DNA of 64,000 nucleotides. Origin: Longimicrobiales bacterium (GTDB lineage Bacteria > Gemmatimonadota > Gemmatimonadetes > Longimicrobiales > Gaopeijiaceae). Numbering within the stretch: the stretch's first letter is position 1; every line of letters begins with the position of its first letter. Where the stretch lies: assembly GCA_965202985.1 (NCBI GenBank), contig CBDBCF010000002.1, positions 416,001 through 480,000 of the forward strand. Direction: 5' to 3'. Shown piece by piece: positions 59,439 to 64,000 of this stretch. The position numbers were made by a program, and so were the translations under genes. Below the pieces are notes generated by a model. It ran no database searches, was not told where the DNA came from, and saw only the letters and a program-made list of their open reading frames with translations.

Positions 59439-60605
59439 ATGTCGGCCCAATCGGAGGCGTTCTACCTGGACCACGCCGCGACCACGCCCATGCGGTCCGA
59501 AGTTCGCGCCGCGGTCGCCCGTTGCGCGGACGAGCGGCTGGGCAACCCGTCGAGCGCGCACGCATGGGGCCGGCGAGCCAGACGGCGACTGGAGGAAGCC
59601 CGGGTCACGGTGGCCGAAGCGCTGGGGGCCCCGGCGGACCACGTCTTCTTCGTGCGCGGAGGCACCGAGGCCAACAACTTGGCGGTGCTGGGCCGCGTCA
59701 GACGGCAAATGGCGAACGGCGGCGGCGGCGCGCCCCTGGTCGTCACGTCGCCCGTCGAGCACCCGGCGGTCTTGGAGGCGGCCCGGCAGGCCCGTGCGGA
59801 GGGCGCCGTCCACGGAACCCTGAAGATGGACGCGCGTGTCCTGGACATGGACGCGCTGGACGAGCTGCTGGACGCGCGCCCCGCCGTGGTCTCCTGCATG
59901 TGGGTCAACAACGAGACGGGGCTGCGGCTGCCGGTGGAGGAAGTCGCCGTGCGTTGCCGAAGCCGCGCCGTGCCGTTTCACTGCGACGCGGTCCAGGCCC
60001 TGGGAAAGGTTCCGTTGCGGCTGGCGGAGGTTCCGGTCTCCTCGCTCGCGATCTCGGGCCACAAGGTCTACGGACCTCCGGGGACGGGCGCACTCGTGAC
60101 GGGCGACCCGGACGCGCTGCTGCCCATGCACCAGGGCGGCGGGCAGGAAGGGGGACTCCGGCCGGGCACCGAAGACGTGGTCGGCGCCGTGGGGCTGGCG
60201 GAGGCCGTACGCCTGGCTGTGGCCGAGCAGTCGGCAGAGGCGACCCGGCTGGCGACGATGAGGGACGAGGTCGAGGCGAGGCTGCTGGCGTCGGACGACG
60301 GGCTCCGGGTATACGGACGGGAGCTTCCTCGGGCGCCGCACATCCTGTCGTTGGGCGTGCCCGGTGCCGACTCCGACACGCTGCTGGCGGCGCTGGACGC
60401 GAACGGCGTGGCCGCGTCGGGGGGGGCGGCCTGCGCCAGCGGTTCCCGGGCTCCCAGCCCCACATTGGCGGCGCTCTACCCGGAGGAAGACGCGGCTGTG
60501 GTGCGACTCAGCTTTGGGCGGCTGATCCGGTTGCGCCAGGCAAAGACGGCCGCCGAGGTCGTGGCCGATGTGATCCGACGCGCCCGCGAACTGCTGATCG
60601 GATGA
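59439..60605 (+). CDS. iscS: Cysteine desulfurase (IscS/NifS family)
   Basis: YLDHAATTP, GNPSS, NNETG, HCDAVQ, SGHK, GAAC; TATATT 5 nt upstream of ATG. Confidence 0.9.
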   Translation: MSAQSEAFYLDHAATTPMRSEVRAAVARCADERLGNPSSAHAWGRRARRRLEEARVTVAEALGAPADHVFFVRGGTEANNLAVLGRVRRQMANGGGGAPLVVTSPVEHPAVLEAARQARAEGAVHGTLKMDARVLDMDALDELLDARPAVVSCMWVNNETGLRLPVEEVAVRCRSRAVPFHCDAVQALGKVPLRLAEVPVSSLAISGHKVYGPPGTGALVTGDPDALLPMHQGGGQEGGLRPGTEDVVGAVGLAEAVRLAVAEQSAEATRLATMRDEVEARLLASDDGLRVYGRELPRAPHILSLGVPGADSDTLLAALDANGVAASGGAACASGSRAPSPTLAALYPEEDAAVVRLSFGRLIRLRQAKTAAEVVADVIRRARELLIG

Positions 60606-61735
60606 AGGTCCTCGTCGCCATGTCGGGCGGTGTGGATTCGTCCGTCGCCGCCGCCCTGCTCGTGGAGGCCGGCCACGAGGTGGTGGGCGCCACCATGAAG
60701 ACGTTCTGCTACAGCGGTCCGGCGGGCGGCTCCAAGACGTGCTGCGGTCTGGACGGCATACGCGACGCCAAGCGGGTGGCGGACGCCCTGGACATCCCCC
60801 ACTACGTGTTCGACGTGGAGGAGGAGTTCGCTCGCGACGTGATCAACGACTTCGTGGCGGAGTACGCGCAGGGCCGCACGCCCAACCCGTGCGTTCGCTG
60901 CAACTCCAACACCAAGTTCCGCGACCTGTTCAAGCGCGGCCGCGTGCTGGGCTGCGACGCCGTGGCGTCCGGCCACTACGCACGCATCGACCGTTCAGGG
61001 AGCCGGCCCCGCCTTTTCCGCGGAGCGGACCCGACCAAGGACCAGTCCTACTTCCTTTGGGGGTTGCCGTCCGACCTGCTGGGAACCCTCCGCTTTCCGA
61101 TCGGCGACCTGGAGAAGCCCGCGGTGCGGGAGCGTGCCCGAGCGCTGGGCCTGGCGACGGCGGACAAGCCGGAATCGCAGGAGATCTGCTTCGTCCCCAC
61201 CGGCAACTACCGGGACCTGCTCCGGAAGAGGCTGCTTCCGACGCACCGGGCGCTCGTGCCCGGTCCGATCGTGGACTGGCGGGGCCGCGTGCTGGGACGC
61301 CACGAGGGCTACGCGGCGTTCACGGTGGGTCAGCGCAAGGGACTGGGCGGCGGGATGCACGAGGCCTGCTACGTGCTGGAGATCCGCCCCGAGACGCGCG
61401 AAGTGGTGGTGGGTCCCCGCGAGATGCTCGACGCGCGACGCCTGCTGGTGAGCGACTTGAACTGGCTTGGTCCGCCCCCGGCGCCCGGCGACGGGCTGCG
61501 CGTCCAGATCCGCTACCGCTCGCCCCCGTTGCGCTGTCGCGTGGCGTCGATTCGAGACGGGACCGTCGAGTTGCGGCTGCACGAGCAGGGACGGGCGGCG
61601 ACGCCGGGCCAGTCCAGCGTGCTCTTCGACGGGGACGAGGTGCTGGGGGGCGGTCGCATCTTGTCCGTGGGCGAACGCGCGCCCTCCGCGAACGGCGCTA
61701 CCACTTCATCCCCGCGGCCTTCGCAAAGGCGCTGA
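60602..61735 (+). CDS. mnmA: tRNA 2-thiouridylase
   Basis: [46 protein letters not shown]. Confidence 0.97.
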   Translation: MKVLVAMSGGVDSSVAAALLVEAGHEVVGATMKTFCYSGPAGGSKTCCGLDGIRDAKRVADALDIPHYVFDVEEEFARDVINDFVAEYAQGRTPNPCVRCNSNTKFRDLFKRGRVLGCDAVASGHYARIDRSGSRPRLFRGADPTKDQSYFLWGLPSDLLGTLRFPIGDLEKPAVRERARALGLATADKPESQEICFVPTGNYRDLLRKRLLPTHRALVPGPIVDWRGRVLGRHEGYAAFTVGQRKGLGGGMHEACYVLEIRPETREVVVGPREMLDARRLLVSDLNWLGPPPAPGDGLRVQIRYRSPPLRCRVASIRDGTVELRLHEQGRAATPGQSSVLFDGDEVLGGGRILSVGERAPSANGATTSSPRPSQRR

Positions 61736-62819
61736 AACGCGCTTCCTGCTCGCCGGCGGCGGCTTCCGGGACGCGCACGCCGATCCGCACGTACTGTGCG
61801 CCCGTCCGGTTTCCGGAGCGCACTCCCTGTCCTCGGATTCTAAAGAGCGTTCCGGGCTGCGTGCCCGGCGGCACGCGGAGCACCACGTCGCGTCCCGAGA
61901 TCGTGGGCACCGAGACCTTCGACCCGAGCACGGCCTGGGCCAAGTTCACGCGCTTGGAGACGTGAACGTCCAGCCCGTCACGCCTAAAGACCGGATGAGG
62001 CTTCACCTTGAAAGCGATGACCAGGTCGCCGGGAGCCCCCCCCCTCTCGCCCCGCTCCCCCTGCCCTGTGAGCCGCACCTTGGAGCCGTTCTGCACGCCG
62101 GCGGGCACCGACACCTGGATCTTGCGCTTCTGGTGCACCTTGCCGTCTCCCCCGCACGGGTCGCAGGGCCGCTCCGCCCTTCGCCCCCGGCCCACGCACG
62201 CCGGGCACGGGCGCTTGACGGCGAAGCCTCCCTGCCCGAAGGAGACGTTGCCCGAGCCCCGGCATTCGGCGCACGTCTTCCACCCGGCGCCCGGCGCACC
62301 CCCCGAGCCGCCGCACACCGTGCACTCTTCCGTGATCGGCACCGACAGCGCGATCTTGCCGCCTCGGGCCGCCTTCAAGAAGTCCACCTCCACGCTGTAG
62401 TCCACGTTGCGGCCGCGACTGGGCCCTTTCGGACGGGACTCGGGGTCCTTCTTGGTGCGGTCGAACCAGGACGAAAAGATCTCCGACAAGCCGCCCAGGC
62501 CGCCCATCTCCTCGAACGAGAAGCCGCCGGCCATCCCCGGTCGGGGGGTCGCGCCGGGTCGCGCTCCCGTCCTGGCGCCGCCGACTCCGAACGCCCGCAG
62601 CTTGCGCATCTGGTCGTACTTCTTGCGCTTGGCCGGGTCGGACAACACGGCATGAGCCTCTCCGACCTCCTTGAAGCGCTCGGCGGCCTTGGGGTTGCTC
62701 GGATTGGCGTCGGGGTGGTGTCGCTTGGCCAGCCTCCGGTAGGCCTTCTTGATCTCTTCGGCGCCGGCCTTCTCGCCGACTCCGAGGATCTCGTAGTAGT
62801 TCTTGTCCGTCGCGGTCAT
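61698..62819 (-). CDS. dnaJ: Chaperone DnaJ
   Basis: J domain HPD, G/F region, four CxxCxGxG repeats. Confidence 0.94.
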   Translation of the reverse strand: MTATDKNYYEILGVGEKAGAEEIKKAYRRLAKRHHPDANPSNPKAAERFKEVGEAHAVLSDPAKRKKYDQMRKLRAFGVGGARTGARPGATPRPGMAGGFSFEEMGGLGGLSEIFSSWFDRTKKDPESRPKGPSRGRNVDYSVEVDFLKAARGGKIALSVPITEECTVCGGSGGAPGAGWKTCAECRGSGNVSFGQGGFAVKRPCPACVGRGRRAERPCDPCGGDGKVHQKRKIQVSVPAGVQNGSKVRLTGQGERGERGGAPGDLVIAFKVKPHPVFRRDGLDVHVSKRVNLAQAVLGSKVSVPTISGRDVVLRVPPGTQPGTLFRIRGQGVRSGNRTGAQYVRIGVRVPEAAAGEQEARFSAFAKAAGMKW

Positions 62820-62835
62820 GATCAGCCGAAGCCGG

Positions 62836-63528
62836 CTATTCGGCCTTGTAGACGCTCACGCGCGCGGGGCGGAGCAACTGGCCCTTGAAAACGTAGCCCT
62901 TCTGGAAGACGCGCTCGACCTTCTCGTCGTCTTCGGCCGCTTCGGCGGGCACCCGCATCATGGCTTCCATGGTGTTCGGGTCGAAGCGCTCTCCTGCCGG
63001 GTCGACCACAGAGACGCCCGCGTCCTCCAGGATGCGCGAGAACTTGCGTCCCACCAGCGCCGCCCCCTCTACGACCGGCACGACGGGTTCGGGGACCTCC
63101 CCTTCCCATCCGGCCAACCGCTCCAAGTCGTCCAGGGGCTCGAGCAGGCGCGCAGCCAAGTCGGCCTGTGCCCGGTCCCAGCGCGACCGCATCCGGTCCT
63201 CGGAGCGCTTCCGGTAGTTGTCGAAGTCCGCCGCCAGACGCAGGTGGCGGTCCTTCCACTGGTCGCGCTCCGCCGCCAGCGGGTCGGGCTCGGGCAGCGT
63301 CTCGGGCGTGGCCGCTTCTTCGGGCGTGGCCGTCGGCGCAGGGGCTTCCGAAGTCTCCGGCGTCTCGGCGGGGTCCCGCTCCTCGTGAGCCCCCGTCTCC
63401 GTGGCGGCCGACTCTTTCGGCGCCTTCTCCGGTTCCGGGCCGCGGGCGACGGATTCGTCGCCGGGCTCGTCGCCAGCCCGAGCGTCCGTGGCCATCTCTT
63501 CGTTCGTCGTCTGTTCGTCCATGTCCAC
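62836..63528 (-). CDS. grpE: Nucleotide exchange factor GrpE
   Basis: [20 protein letters not shown]...LLRPARV. Confidence 0.95.
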   Translation of the reverse strand: MDMDEQTTNEEMATDARAGDEPGDESVARGPEPEKAPKESAATETGAHEERDPAETPETSEAPAPTATPEEAATPETLPEPDPLAAERDQWKDRHLRLAADFDNYRKRSEDRMRSRWDRAQADLAARLLEPLDDLERLAGWEGEVPEPVVPVVEGAALVGRKFSRILEDAGVSVVDPAGERFDPNTMEAMMRVPAEAAEDDEKVERVFQKGYVFKGQLLRPARVSVYKAE

Positions 63529-63540
63529 CGTCGTCTGGGG

Positions 63541-64000
63541 TTAGGGGGCGGAAGTCGTGCCCTGGTGAGCCCGCCAAGCCAGGGCGTCGGCCGCCATGCG
63601 CAGCACCGCCGTCACGCTCTTGTCGCGGACGGCGTTGCGCCCGCCTTCGAACCGCTCGACGCGGGCCTCGCCGGTTCCGTCGGCCTGCGCCACGGCGAAC
63701 CATACCGTGCCGACGGGCTTCTCGGCACTTCCCCCCGACGGGCCTGCGATTCCGGTGACGGCCATGGCCACGTCGGCGGAGAAGCGCTGGCAAGCGCCGA
63801 AGGCCATCTGGAGGGCCACCACCTTGGAGACGGCGCCGTAGGCCTCCAGGTTGCGCGGATCGACGCCCAGGTGGGTTGCCTTCGCCTCGTTGCAGTAGGC
63901 CACCACGCCGCCGGCGTAGTAGGCGGACGCTCCGGGGGCGTCGGTGATCGTCTTGGCGAGCAGGCCGCCGGTGCAGCTCTCGGCGGTCGCCACCCGAACC
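63541..64000 (-). CDS. cinA: CinA C-terminal / nicotinamide-mononucleotide deamidase domain (5' end outside the window)
   Basis: AESCTGG, PGAS, GAVS, TGIAGP, KPVGTV. Confidence 0.88.
   Translation of the reverse strand, partial: VRVATAESCTGGLLAKTITDAPGASAYYAGGVVAYCNEAKATHLGVDPRNLEAYGAVSKVVALQMAFGACQRFSADVAMAVTGIAGPSGGSAEKPVGTVWFAVAQADGTGEARVERFEGGRNAVRDKSVTAVLRMAADALAWRAHQGTTSAP

Overview
GC-rich bacterial chromosome segment. Gene order and protein types suggest Gemmatimonadota, possibly a host- or sponge-associated lineage (inference). It appears to contain the replication terminus: a 28-bp dif site at 19059-19086, KOPS-like octamers converging on it, and xerD about 28 kb away. Right of dif is mostly minus-strand core genome: trpG/pabA, proline dehydrogenase, plsC, glycosyltransferases, wecB, rpoN, lptBAC, kdsDCA, pyrG, kdsB, nadE, ctpA, xerD, dedA, ispF, fabF-acpP-fabG-fabD-fabH-plsX-rpmF, ndk, sucCD, iscS-mnmA, dnaJ-grpE and cinA/pncC. 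Four features stand out. (1) A rearranged 11.4-19.1 kb block next to dif: a diverged tandem duplication with pseudogenes and orphan ORFs, whose junctions carry a shared 54-bp TGT-initiated motif with 23-bp-period repeats (IS21-end-like, no transposase). (2) Three tandem, mosaic paralogs of a GT-C-like membrane protein beside the Kdo/LPS operon. (3) An ABC-ATPase + DUF3226 (Toprim-like) defence-like pair directly upstream of tRNA-Arg(CCT). (4) A DUF368 flippase carrying an inserted phage baseplate-J-like domain. All family calls come from motif recognition by eye; no database searches were run.
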